From: Tubiluchus corallicola
Taxonomy: Eukaryota > Animalia > Priapulida
Length of the DNA: 64,000 nucleotides
Direction of reading: 5' to 3'
Assembly: GCA_030141605.1 (NCBI GenBank)
Contig: JAQGDQ010000423.1
Span: 136,390-200,389 of the forward strand
The notes below the pieces were generated by a model. That model saw only the letters and a program-made list of their open reading frames with translations, had not been told where the DNA came from and ran no database searches. Below are positions 1-12,385 of this stretch, in pieces; the stretch's first letter is position 1, and each line of letters starts with the position of its first letter. Made by a program: the position numbers and the translations under genes.

Positions 1-70
1 TTAAACGTTACATTTTTGGACCTTATAAAGTTGAGTAAAAAGTAGGGCTGCCACAACACCATGAGGGGAA

Positions 71-373
71 GTCGGGAGTCAAGCTAGGGGGCCTGTAAGT
101 TCCCACAGTGGGGGCTGGGACGGAAACCAAACATTTTATGCATTGTAGACGTTTCATGAGGTCCTTAAGGGCAGTCGGGAGTCAAGCTAGGGGGCCTGTA
201 AGCTTCCACAGTGGGGCATGGGACGGAAACCAAACATTTTATGCATTGTAGATGTTTCATGAGGTCCTTAAGGGCAGTCGGGAGTCAAGTTAGGGGGGCC
301 TGTAAGCTTCCACAGTGGGGGCGGGGACGGAAACCAAACATTTTATGCATTGTAGATGTTTCATGAGGTCCTT
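71..373. repeat. 103-bp tandem repeat x3 (mirror ~11922-12320)
   Basis: GTCGGGAGTCAAG starts at 71, 174 and 277. Confidence 0.9.
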
Positions 374-933
374 CTCAGAAACTAAAGTCCAAAAATTCAA
401 ACTACAAAGTAGCAAAAATTGTTGATTTTAGACTAGAAAAATGTCCCAGAAGACTAAACTTATAAAAGTTCATGGAGTGATGATGAAGCCATGCAACTTA
501 AAATGAAGCCATACAACCGCTTAAATTTAAGTTGACTGTTACCTTAATTAACAGACTCAATGGTTTCCCGGCTTAACCTTTTGCAAAGTTTAAATAACAC
601 GCAAGCTTATATTTCCACTTTTTGTCCACTTAAATTTCAGTTTGATGGTCAAAATCGGGAGATTTCAGAATTTTTCAAAAGTTCGACTGAATTACGAATC
701 TATAGCTAAATTTCAGGAGACTCCGGGCCGAATCGGGAGTGGTGGCAACCTAAAAAGGCACCCGTTATCCGGATTTTGTAAAATTTGCAATTATTTTCGA
801 CCATTCGACTTTTATTGAGTAAATCTAAGTTTGCTTTAGAAATCCGTTACATAGTGACATAAAATGTTTTACTTCTAAGTTGACTCATATGGCTTATCTT
901 CATTAAAGCTTTAAATGTATTGGAAAGAGAATA

Positions 934-1355
934 GGCCTTTTCACAGTTCCAGCGATTGATGATGATCGTGAAAAGGTCAAAGGTTAACCGTAGCAGGCGT
1001 GTGTGGTGAAACGGAAGTGGTGCTGACAAGCCACTGGCGTAGCAGTTTCTAGTTTTTTTTGCTGGATTACTGCTGCGTTTACCTGACTGAAGGCAGATTT
1101 CTTTTATTTTAGAATTCTGCCTGCCCAGTGTCTACCAATAGACGGTGACGGGCGTATGATGATGATGATGATGTAGCAGGCAACACATGTCACGTGACGG
1201 TTGTAGTTAAGACGCGTTGCTAGAGTACACTTAAGGGCACTACGTGTGACTGCATTGTTTTTAATGTATATTTATGTACGAGTAAATAATAAATAAATAA
1301 ATAAATAACCTTTAACCTACAGCAACTGCGCATGCGCACAACGAAACTGTGAAAA
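934..1355 (+). mobile_element. MITE family A (TIR AGCCTTTTCACAGTT...AACTGTGAAAAGGCT), degenerate copy; mirror 10940-11361
   Basis: Shares CACAGTTCCAGCGATTGATGATGATCGTGAAAAGGTCAAAGG and CAACTGCGCATGCGCACAACGAAACTGTG with copies at 42559-43072 and 53441-53790. Confidence 0.75.
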
Positions 1356-1820
1356 TTTTTAGTGCAAGGAGTTAATAGAATTACTCACCTGTATAGAGTT
1401 AATAGAACTTTTATAATTGCAGTAGTTAGTGTTAAAACACTGTGTTAGTGAATTGCTGCCGTATTGTTAAGGTTTACACTTTTTTCGGCTGCATTTTAAT
1501 ACAGACCAGGGATTTACAGTAAGCTCCTTCCGCTTCCGTTAGTACCGTGATTCCAGAAAAACAGAAGCCCGAAGTAATAAAAATAAGAGTTATTGCCTCA
1601 TTTTTGCTGAATTTATGCGCTTTAATATTTAGTATCCATGCCATTTGCGCAGCTTCATCAACGGCAGATGCAATATGACGTCACGTGCTGGTCGGGAGCT
1701 GACGATTATTTATATTTTGTCATAATTATTATAGATGTTATTCAACTGACCCAATCCGTAGGAGAGACGGATTACTGAATGAATTATGTTACACAATTAT
1801 GCATCACATTTTTTCAGTTA

Positions 1821-2383
1821 TATAGGTTTTACACGTCAAATGTAGACATAGGAAAGTTCAAATGTGACTTAGGTAAGTCAAATGTAGATGCAATACTTTG
1901 AATGAATCGGTAATTTAGTTATTTAGGTGCAAATTAGAAAAAGATAAACCAAAGATAGTGCATCTATTAGTAGACCTATAACGTTGTTATTTCAACTTAG
2001 GAGTAATTATTAAATTGAAATTAAAGAAGATTAAATTTAACATCCTTGAACTTTACCACCTATCCACATTTGAGATACCAATGTCACATTTGACTTGACA
2101 TGTGTCTACATTTGACTTACCAAAAACGCTTAAGATTTCTTGAAAACCATTGTTAACACATTTGAACTACCTAAGTCTACATTTGAGTTACCAAGACACA
2201 TTTGAACTACCTAAGTCTACATTTGAGTTACCAAGACACATTTGAATTATCTAAATCTACATTTGAGTTACCAAGACACATTTGAATTATCTAAATCTAC
2301 ATTTGAGTTACCAAGACACATTTGAATTATCTAAATCTACATTTGAGTTAACACAGGTATACATTTGACATGTAAAACCTATA
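1821..2383. mobile_element. Foldback-like MITE with internal 20/40-bp subterminal repeats; mirror 9944-10474
   Basis: TIR TATAGGTTTTACACGTCAAATGTA / TACATTTGACATGTAAAACCTATA. CAAATGT motifs sit on the left and ACATTTG on the right; a 40-bp array lies at ~2158-2360. Confidence 0.8.
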
Positions 2384-2391
2384 ATAGCAGT

Positions 2392-2860
2392 ATGTATTCA
2401 TATCAGACTGGACAATACCACAAGTTCCATATTCCTAAGTGCAGAACAAACGTTATGAAACATTCTGTCATGTATAATGGTGCTGTAATGTAGAATAATT
2501 TACCCAGTAAAATAAAACAAGCCAGTAATATAAATAAATTTAAGAAACTTTTAAAAAATATTTACTAGAAAATATGTGATTTGATAAATGATGTAAGATG
2601 TAAATTTTTTACCATAATTATACAATTTTACCGTACTAATCAAGTTTTAATCTTTTTACCGGCACCTTTAATTTATTTACTTAATTAATTAGTTAATTAA
2701 CGAATTAATTTACTTGTGTGTTTATATTGTACTAACCATGTACTATGTATTTTCTACTTTTAGCAGTAATTTTACTTTCTGTACATTGTAGATATGTTCT
2801 ACGATGTTTTTAATGGACATATAAGCCTCTTGACTTCAGTTCGTATTATAAATAAAAAAT
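2392..2860 (+). mobile_element. 3' remnant of an L2/CR1-group LINE (RT C-terminus plus 3' UTR); mirror 9467-9935
   Basis: Translates to ...HKFHIPKCRTNVMKHSVMYNGAVM*NNLPSKIKQASNINKFKKLLK, matching the WNxLP...FKxxLK tail of CR1/L2-group ORF2. There is an in-frame stop at the Trp position. Confidence 0.7.
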
Positions 2861-3262
2861 ACTAAACGCGTAGAATAAATGCCCCAGGAATTTAACAGGT
2901 AAACTAAAAAGTGTTTAAGCAGCAAGCAGTTCTTTTCAACAAATCACATGTCTACGATAATGTAATTATATTGTACGTGTGTGTGCATTGCACTATTAAT
3001 ACAACAACACAGTTTAATTGCCAGAGGAATTTTCTGCATGGAAGAGCAGGAGAAATGCAGAAGGTTTCAGTCACCATCAATTGTTGCGCAACACGTTTGT
3101 TGTACCAGCCCAGCAACAAAACGTCTGGAATTTATTATTGTTCACCTGTAAAATTTACCTAGGCGTCAGAGACAAGACTGGCATTACGACCTGTACGGGT
3201 TACGGGTTAGCAAACTCTAGATGCTACGACCTTGTTGGTCTGCGAGGTTATTCCACTTTCAA

Positions 3263-4230
3263 ATTCTGCGTCTTTACGAGGCGAGTTACCTGTATGTCTG
3301 AGACACCTGGGATGCTGATGATTCTGCGTCTCTACGAGGCGAGTTACCTGTATGTCTGAGACACCTGGGATGCTGATGATTCTGCGTCTCTACGAGGCGA
3401 GTTACCTGTATGTCTGAGACACATGGGATGCTGATGATTCTGCGTCTCTACGAGGCGAGTTACCTGTATGTCTGAGACACCTGGGATGCTGATGATTCTG
3501 CGTCTCTACGAGGTGAGTTACCTGTATGTCTGAGACACCTGGGATGCTGATGATTCTGCGTCTCTACGAGGCGAGTTACCTGTATGTCTGAGACACCTGG
3601 GATGCTGATAATTCTGCGTCTCTACGTGGTGAGTTACCTGTATGTCTGAGACACCCAATAAGTGGCTGAGATGCTGATAATTCTGCATCTCTACGAGGCG
3701 AGTTACCTGTATGTCTGAGACACCTGGGATGCTGATGATTCTGCGTCTTTACGAGGTGAGTTACCTGTATGTCTGAGACACCTGGGATGCTGATGATTCT
3801 GCGTCTCTACGAGGCGAGTTACCTGTATGTCTGAGACACCTGGGATGCTGATAATTCTGCGTCTCTACGTGGTGAGTTACCTGTATGTCTGAGACACCCA
3901 ATAAGTGGCTGAGATGCTGATAATTCTGCATCTCTACGAGGCGAGTTACCTGTATGTCTGAGACACCTGGGATGCTGATGATTCTGCGTCTTTACGAGGT
4001 GAGTTACCTGTATGTCTGAGACACCTGGGATGCTGATGATTCTGCGTCTCTACGAGGCGAGTTACCTGTATGTCTGAGACACCTGGGATGCTGATAATTC
4101 TGCGTCTCTACGTGGTGAGTTACCTGTATGTCTGAGACACCCAATAAGTGGCTGAGATGCTGATAATTCTGCATCTCTACGAGGCGAGTTACCTGTATGT
4201 CTGAGACACCCAATAAGCGGCTGGGATGCT
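3263..4230. repeat. 58/69-bp minisatellite (mirror ~8053-9063)
   Basis: Unit GATTCTGCGTCTCTACGAGGCGAGTTACCTGTATGTCTGAGACACCTGGGATGCTGAT, with 69-bp variants containing CAATAAGTGGC. Confidence 0.95.
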
Positions 4231-4300
4231 CATAACTGTGACATACATACTACAGCCATCTATTATATTTGAGTCTACAATTATCTGCTTGAGCTTCATC

Positions 4301-4523
4301 GTGGTGTCGTCCCTCCTTCCCACTTCCGCCAGGTTCTGTCTGGGATAGGAAGGTGGTGTCGTCCCTCCTTCTCCACTTCCGCCCGGTTCTGTCCGGGATA
4401 GGAAGGTGGTGTCGTCCCTCCTTCTCCACTTCCGCCCGGTTCTGTCCGGGATAGGAAGGTGGTGTCGTCCCTCCTTCTCCACTTCCGCCCGGTTCTGTCC
4501 GGGATAGGAAGGTGGTGTCGTCC
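4301..4523. repeat. 53-bp minisatellite x~4 at the inner junction of the inverted duplication (mirror 7722-7983)
   Basis: GTGGTGTCGTCCCTCCTTCTCCACTTCCGCCCGGTTCTGTCCGGGATAGGAAG, period 53 (4353, 4406). Confidence 0.95.
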
Positions 4524-4577
4524 TCCAGGGGGGCGTCGTGCCAAGATAATATTTTTTTGCTTTATGCGAACATATTG

Positions 4578-4582
<5 letters not shown>

Positions 4583-4618
<36 letters not shown>
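4583..4618. repeat. (CT)n microsatellite
   Basis: Direct reading. Confidence 0.95.
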
Positions 4619-4620
<2 letters not shown>

Positions 4621-5288
4621 CGCACGCACGCCGCTTGCCAGTATTGACAAGCATTAAGGACTGGTCTTGAGAATAAAGCCGTTTTTCTTTCAATTGTTTT
4701 TTCCTTTAACAACTGTATAACTCCATATTTTCTCTTCGAAAATGCTTCTCCGGCGTTCTAGCAGTTCAAAAATTTTCTGGGCGCCAACCATTGTAGCGAC
4801 CGCCCCCCGGCGCTTCGGATGGGGCCGCACACGCCCCACTTCCCCGGGCCTCGCTTAGGCTGAAATAGGCCCTGAAAGACAGTACTGTAAATTTTCATTT
4901 CACCGGGCTATCCAAACCACTAGTGAAGCGCTGAGGCCCTAGTGCTTTGTGGCAACAGTTATTCTTATACTGACATCATTCTGAAGTAGCTACCACATAT
5001 TCACTAAAACAATGCTTATTGTGGTTGTGCTGGACAAACCAGACGTGGCATGATAATAAACCCAAAAGTCACCATCACCTTCTGAAATACCGTACACGGC
5101 TCACGAGAATTTCATGAAAAATATCTGTACAGAACTCTAGGGATATGGACAGTAGTATTAATCCAGTAAATTGCTGATGGTATTATATTTGGCACAAATT
5201 TGATATGCCACACAAGATTCAGTGGGCACTCGGCCAGATAGCCACAGTCCACATGCTGCTAAACCATAGGATGCTCTGCATTGTAGCC

Positions 5289-5741
5289 TCCACTTACATA
5301 CTGCCTTTTTGCAGGCAGGGCTTGCGTTGGCAGTAACGCTGTATAAAACTTATAAATTCAAACTCCCGCGATGACCGTTAGATGCAGGTATTTTGGCGAT
5401 AAGTCGTTTGAAACAAGTTTAGATAACATTGCGTGAAGTTTGAAAAAATAATCAGACCATTCATAGCAGACATGTTACTAAGTAAAATTTTAAATTATTG
5501 TATCTTCTCAATAAGAGTGAAAAAGTGTTTTTGGTTTGTGAGTGGCGCACCCTGGAGGGTGAGCCAGCGACATTTTACTATTTGACAGCATTGCAGGAGA
5601 TTTAAAATGAACTAACACAAAAGTTCCTTTCAACGCGAGTACGATATATATATATATATATAAAATTACTGTATAGTAATATAATTTTTTAAGGCGATTT
5701 TTCTGAACACCGACTTCAGGTATCCCTTTTCTTGTCCTTTC
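5289..5741. mobile_element. Partial copy of TTAA-flanked DNA-transposon family B
   Basis: Colinear with 60719-61337 (CCACTTACAT..., AAACTCCCGCGATGACCGTTA, GTGAGTGGCGCACCCTGGAGG, terminus CTTTTCTTGTCCTTT). Confidence 0.75.
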
Positions 5742-6617
5742 TACCAGTTGGAAGCTGCCTGCTCACCAATCAAATGAACCAATGCCAATGACAACACGTC
5801 TGTTTCGCTAGTTCTTGCTGCGAGGCGTTACTGAAAGCGACTTCAGGTATCCCTTTTCTTGTCCTTTAATTCTACCAGTTGGAAGCTGCCTGCTCACCAA
5901 TCAAATGAACCAATGCCAATGACAACACGTCTGTTTCGCTAGTTCTTGCTGCGAGGCGTTACTGAAAGCGACTTCAGGTGCCCCTTTTCTTCTCCTTTAA
6001 TTCTACCAGTTGGAAACTGCCTGCTCACCAATCAAATGAACCAATGCCAATGACAACACGTCTGTTTCGCTAGTTCTTGCTGCAAGGCGTTACTGAAAGT
6101 GACTTCAGGTATCCCTTTTCTTGTCCTTTAATTCTACCAGTTGGAAGCTGCCTGCTCAACGAATCAAATGAACCAATGCCAATGACAACACGTCTGTTTC
6201 GCTAGTTCTTGCTGCGAGGCGTTACTGAAAGCGACTTCAGGTATCCCTTTTCTTGTCCTTTAATTCTACCAGTTGGAAGCTGCCTGCTCACGAATCAAAT
6301 GAACCAGTGCCAATGACAGCACGTCAGTTTCGCTAGTTCTTGCTGCGAGGCGTTACTGAAAGCGACTTCAGGTATCCCTTTTCTTGTCCTTTAATTCTAC
6401 CAGTTGGAAGCTGCCTGCTCACGAATCAAATGAACCAATGCCAATGACAACACGTCTATTTCGCTAGTTCTTGCTGCGAGGCGTTACTGAAAGCGACTTC
6501 AGGTATCCCTTTTCTTTGTACTTTAATTCTACCAGTTGGAAGCTGCCTGCTCACGAATCAAATGAACCAATGCCAATGACAACACGTCTGTTTCGCTAGT
6601 TCTTGCTGCGAGGCGTT
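5712..6617. repeat. 131-bp tandem repeat x~7 built from the family-B terminus plus flank
   Basis: GACTTCAGGT at 5712, 5839, 5970, 6101, 6233, 6364 and 6495. Confidence 0.95.
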
Positions 6618-6948
6618 ATTACTTATTAGGGTAAAATAATCAACTTGGTATTGACTTAGCGTTTATTATAACAACGCACAACACCCAGCTGAAAGGATAA
6701 TGAAAGCTAAAATGCCCAAACGATTTGCACGCGGCGTTAGACGTTCATTTTCTTTCTATGCAAAACTGCGTCACTTTCTTACTCCTCAATTGCTGCACAA
6801 ATTGCAGTTACAAGAACTCGGCGGGAGGTTCTTAAGAAGCGAGAATTTACTGATCGAAGGAGGAGGAGGAGGAGGAGGGGGGCTTGCCTAATTCCTTTTG
6901 GGGTTCAGTTAACGTAGCAAATTCCCAGGAACGCAGGGGCTGGATGCT

Positions 6949-7555
6949 TTAAGCAAAACCGGACCCAATTTGAAACTGTAGGTCAAAACAAACTACTGTA
7001 CTCTTTAAAATGTTGAAAGCAAACACAATTTTTTCGAAAGCGACCTACGTTAAAGAATTATTACCACACAGACGCAATTTCACGTTCGCGGCACTAGTTC
7101 TTCTCTGTTACAAGCATTTCACCATTCACTAGTTAGACAGGCACTAGCACCTGCACTTCTAAAACGCACTGCACGAAAAAACAGGTGCTGTACCCTCAGT
7201 TCAGAAATGTTAGTTTGTGACGGACTACACGTTCGACAGCTCATGCGTAAGCACAGCGTTAAACTTCAAATTTCAATTTTTATCTTAAAACTTGCCTAGT
7301 TTTAGTAACAACACACTGAATATCTTACAGTAGCATGGTATTTCAATTTTCGCTTTCGCAAACACGTGCAACACGCTCGTGGAATATTTTTGCTGTTGAA
7401 AATTATGTTAGTTTGTGACGTCATCAATAGTTGGCCTCGGCCGCCGTTAATTTAATCTGTTATTTAATTATCAGAAACGCTTTTGCAGTACAACGTATAC
7501 CTTTTACCATACTTGAAAATGGGGTAGTATACGAAAAATCATCCTGTCTTCCTTT
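6949..7555. mobile_element. Dispersed repeat family J (related pieces at ~19445-19965, 55710-55780, 61900-62040)
   Basis: Shared AAAACCGGACCCAAT...GTAGGTCAAAACAA...ACTCTTTAAAAT and GCTGTTGAAAATTATGTT...GTGACGTCATCA motifs; TTAAAG-like terminus. Confidence 0.6.
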
Positions 7556-7721
7556 TAGTTTTGATATGGAGTTTGGAAAAGTGACACCACAGCTCTTAGA
7601 TGCAAAAAAGTAGTGCCTTCTGTACACCATCACACAGAACGCGAGAGAATGAATGGATTAAAAGGTAAAACCAACAAGCGAACGAGAAAACAACTGATAG
7701 ACGAAAGATCTCAAAGGATAG

Positions 7722-10700
7722 CCTATCCCAGACAGAACCGGGCGGAAGTGGAGAAGGAGGGACGACACCACCTTCCTATCCCGGACAGAACCGGGCGGAA
7801 GTGGAGAAGGAGGGACGACACCACCTTCCTATCCCGGACAGAACCGGGCGGAAGTGGAGAAGGAGGGACGACACCACCTTCCTATCCCGGACAGAACCGG
7901 GCGGAAGTGGAGAAGGAGGGACGACACCACCTTCCTATCCCAGACAGAACCTGGCGGAAGTGGGAAGGAGGGACGACACCACGATGAAGCTCAAGCAGAT
8001 AATTGTAGACTCAAATATAATAGATGGCTGTAGTATGTATGTCACAGTTATGAGCATCCCAGCCGCTTATTGGGTGTCTCAGACGTACAGGTAACTCGCC
8101 TCGTAGAGACGCAGAATTATCAGCATCCCAGCCCCTTATTGGGTGTCTCAGACATACAGGTAACTCGCCTCGTAGAGACGCAGAATTATCAGCATCCCAG
8201 CTGCTTATTGGGTGTCTCAGACATACAGGTAACTCGCCTCGTAGAGACGCAGAATTATCAGCATCCCAGCTGCTTATTGGGTGTCTCAGACATACAGGTA
8301 ACTCGCCTCGTAGAGACGCAGAATTATCAGCATCCCAGCTGCTTATTGGGTGTCTCAGACATACAGGTAACTCGCCTCGTAGAGACGCAGAATTATCAGC
8401 ATCCCAGCTGCTTATTGGGTGTCTCAGACATACAGGTAACTCGCCTCGTAGAGACGCAGAATTATCAGCATCCCAGCTGCTTATTGGGTGTCCCAGACAT
8501 ACAGGTAACTCACCTCGTAGAGATGCAGAATTATCAGCATCCCAGGTGTCTCAGACATACAGGTAACTCACCTCGTAAAGACGCAGAATCATCAGCATCC
8601 CAGGTGTCTCAGACATACAGGTAACTCGCCTCGTAGAGATGCAGAATTATCAGCATCTCAGCCACTTATTGGGTGTCTCAGACATACAGGTAACTCACCA
8701 CGTAGAGACGCAGAATTATCAGCATCCCAGGTGTCTCAGACATACAGGTAACTCGCCTCGTAGAGACGCAGAATCATCAGCATCCCAGGTGTCTCAGACA
8801 TACAGGTAACTCACCTCGTAGAGACGCAGAATCATCAGCATCCCAGGTGTCTCAGACATACAGGTAACTCGCCTCGTAGAGACGCAGAATCATCAGCATC
8901 CCATGTGTCTCAGACATACAGGTAACTCGCCTCGTAGAGACGCAGAATCATCAGCATCCCAGGTGTCTCAGACATACAGGTAACTCGCCTCGTAGAGACG
9001 CAGAATCATCAGCATCCCAGGTGTCTCAGACATACAGGTAACTCGCCTCGTAAAGACGCAGAATTTGAAAGTGGAATAACCTCGCAGACCAACAAGGTCG
9101 TAGCATCTAGAGTTTGCTAACCCGTAACCCGTACAGGTCGTAATGCCAGTCTTGTCTCTGACGCCTAGGTAAATTTTACAGGTGAACAATAATAAATTCC
9201 AGACGTTTTGTTGCTGGGCTGGTACAACAAACGTGTTGCGCAACAATTGATGGTGACTGAAACCTTCTGCATTTCTCCTGCTCTTCCATGCAGAAAATTC
9301 CTCTGGCAATTAAACTGTGTTGTTGTATTAATAGTGCAATGCACACACACGTACAATATAATTACATTATCGTAGACATGTGATTTGTTGAAAAGAACTG
9401 CTTGCTGCTTAAACACTTTTTAGTTTACCTGTTAAATTCCTGGGGCATTTATTCTACGCGTTTAGTATTTTTTATTTATAATACGAACTGAAGTCAAGAG
9501 GCTTATATGTCCATTAAAAACATCGTAGAACATATCTACAATGTACAGAAAGTAAAATTACTGCTAAAAGTAGAAAATACATAGTACATGGTTAGTACAA
9601 TATAAACACACAAGTAAATTAATTCGTTAATTAACTAATTAATTAAGTAAATAAATTAAAGGTGCCGGTAAAAAGATTAAAACTTGATTAGTACGGTAAA
9701 ATTGTATAATTATGGTAAAAAATTTACATCTTACATCATTTATCAAATCACATATTTTCTAGTAAATATTTTTTAAAAGTTTCTTAAATTTATTTATATT
9801 ACTGGCTTGTTTTATTTTACTGGGTAAATTATTCTACATTACAGCACCATTATACATGACAGAATGTTTCATAACGTTTGTTCTGCACTTAGGAATATGG
9901 AACTTGTGGTATTGTCCAGTCTGATATGAATACATACTGCTATTATAGGTTTTACATGTCAAATGTATACCTGTGTTAACTCAAATGTAGATTTAGATAA
10001 TTCAAATGTGTCTTGGTAACTCAAATGTAGATTTAGATAATTCAAATGTGTCTTGGTAACTCAAATGTAGATTTAGATAATTCAAATGTTCAAATGTGTC
10101 TTGGTAACTCAAATGTAGACTTAGGTAGTTCAAATGTGTTAACAATGGTTTTCAAGAAATCTTAAGCGTTTTTGGTAAGTCAAATGTAGACACATGTCAA
10201 GTCAAATGTGACATTGGTATCTCAAATGTGGATAGGTGGTAAAGTTCAAGGATGTTAAATTTAATCTTCTTTAATTTCAATTTAATAATTACTCCTAAGT
10301 TGAAATAACAACGTTATAGGTCTACTAATAGATGCACTATCTTTGGTTTATCTTTTTCTAATTTGCACCTAAATAACTAAATTACCGATTCATTCAAAGT
10401 ATTGCATCTACATTTGACTTACCTAAGTCACATTTGAACTTTCCTATGTCTACATTTGACGTGTAAAACCTATATAACTGAAAAAATGTGATGCATAATT
10501 GTGTAACATAATTCATTCAGTAATCCGTCTCTCCTACGGATTGGGTCAGTTGAATAACATCTATAATAATTATGACAAAATATAAATAATCGTCAGCTCC
10601 CGACCAGCACGTGACGTCATATTGCATCTGCCGTTGATGAAGCTGCGCAAATGGCATGGATACTAAATATTAAAGCGCATAAATTCAGCAAAAATGAGGC

Positions 10701-12385
10701 AATAACTCTTATTTTTATTACTTCGGGCTTCTGTTTTTCTGGAATCACGGTACTAACGGAAGCGGAAGGAGCTTACTGTAAATCCCTGGTCTGTATTAAA
10801 ATGCAGCCGAAAAAAGTGTAAACCTTAACAATACGGCAGCAATTCACTAACACAGTGTTTTAACACTAACTACTGCAATTATAAAAGTTCTATTAACTCT
10901 ATACAGGTGAGTAATTCTATTAACTCCTTGCACTAAAAATTTTCACAGTTTCGTTGTGCGCATGCGCAGTTGCTGTAGGTTAAAGGTTATTTATTTATTT
11001 ATTTATTATTTACTCGTACATAAATATACATTAAAAACAATGCAGTCACACGTAGTGCCCTTAAGTGTACTCTAGCAACGCGTCTTAACTACAACCGTCA
11101 CGTGACATGTGTTGCCTGCTACATCATCATCATCATCATACGCCCGTCACCGTCTATTGGTAGACACTGGGCAGGCAGAATTCTAAAATAAAAGAAATCT
11201 GCCTTCAGTCAGGTAAACGCAGCAGTAATCCAGCAAAAAAAACTAGAAACTGCTACGCCAGTGGCTTGTCAGCACCACTTCCGTTTCACCACACACGCCT
11301 GCTACGGTTAACCTTTGACCTTTTCACGATCATCATCAATCGCTGGAACTGTGAAAAGGCCTATTCTCTTTCCAATACATTTAAAGCTTTAATGAAGATA
11401 AGCCATATGAGTCAACTTAGAAGTAAAACATTTTATGTCACTATGTAACGGATTTCTAAAGCAAACTTAGATTTACTCAATAAAAGTCGAATGGTCGAAA
11501 ATAATTGCAAATTTTACAAAATCCGGATAACGGGTGCCTTTTTAGGTTGCCACCACTCCCGATTCGGCCCGGAGTCTCCTGAAATTTAGCTATAGATTCG
11601 TAATTCAGTCGAACTTTTGAAAAATTCTGAAATCTCCCGATTTTGACCATCAAACTGAAATTTAAGTGGACAAAAAGTGGAAATATAAGCTTGCGTGTTA
11701 TTTAAACTTTGCAAAAGGTTAAGCCGGGAAACCATTGAGTCTGTTAATTAAGGTAACAGTCAACTTAAATTTAAGCGGTTGTATGGCTTCATTTTAAGTT
11801 GCATGGCTTCATCATCACTCCATGAACTTTTATAAGTTTAGTCTTCTGGGACATTTTTCTAGTCTAAAATCAACAATTTTTGCTACTTTGTAGTTTGAAT
11901 TTTTGGACTTTAGTTTCTGAGAAGGACCTCATGAAACATCTACAATGCATAAAATGTTTGGTTTCCGTCCCCGCCCCCACTGTGGAAGCTTACAGGCCCC
12001 CCTAACTTGACTCCCGACTGCCCTTAAGGACCTCATGAAACATCTACAATGAATAAAATGTTTGGTTTCCGTCCCATGCCCCACTGTGGAAGCTTACAGG
12101 CCCCCTAGCCTGACTCCCGACTGCCCTTAAGGACCTCATGAAACATCTATAATGAATAAAATGTTTGGTTTCCGTCCCCGCCCCCACTGTGGGAGCTTAC
12201 AGGCCCCCTAGCTGTGTGTTGGTTGTTTTGTTGTTTGGTTTGTGTGTGGGGTTGGTTTTGTGTTTTGGTTGTTGTGTTGTTGGTTTGTGTTGTGGGTTGG
12301 TTGTTGACTCCCGACTTCCCCTCATGGTGTTGTGGCAGCCCTACTTTTTACTCAACTTTATAAGGTCCAAAAATGTAACGTTTAA
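7722..12385 (-). repeat. Right arm of large inverted duplication
   Basis: Reverse complement of 1-4508. Differences seen by eye are in the tandem arrays plus a 91-nt G/T-only insertion at ~12213-12303. Confidence 0.97.

Larger units (their letters stand above)
1..4508 (+). repeat. Left arm of large inverted duplication (probably continues upstream of the window)
   Basis: Position 1 TTAAACGTTACATTTTTGGACC is the reverse complement of the sequence ending at 12385. Identical ORFs are mirrored (847-1029/11266-11448; 2911-3162/9165-9416). The inner end lies in the 53-bp array. Confidence 0.97.

Noticed and set aside
5717-6510. CAG|GTATCCCTTT resembling a U12-type 5' splice site, in the same window as SNRNP25
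   Set aside because: Part of the family-B transposon terminus, imperfect match to GTATCCTTT, and no associated exon.
4509-7721. Transposase expected in the spacer of the large inverted repeat
   Set aside because: Only TE fragments, a 131-bp array and short ORFs without DDE-like motifs.
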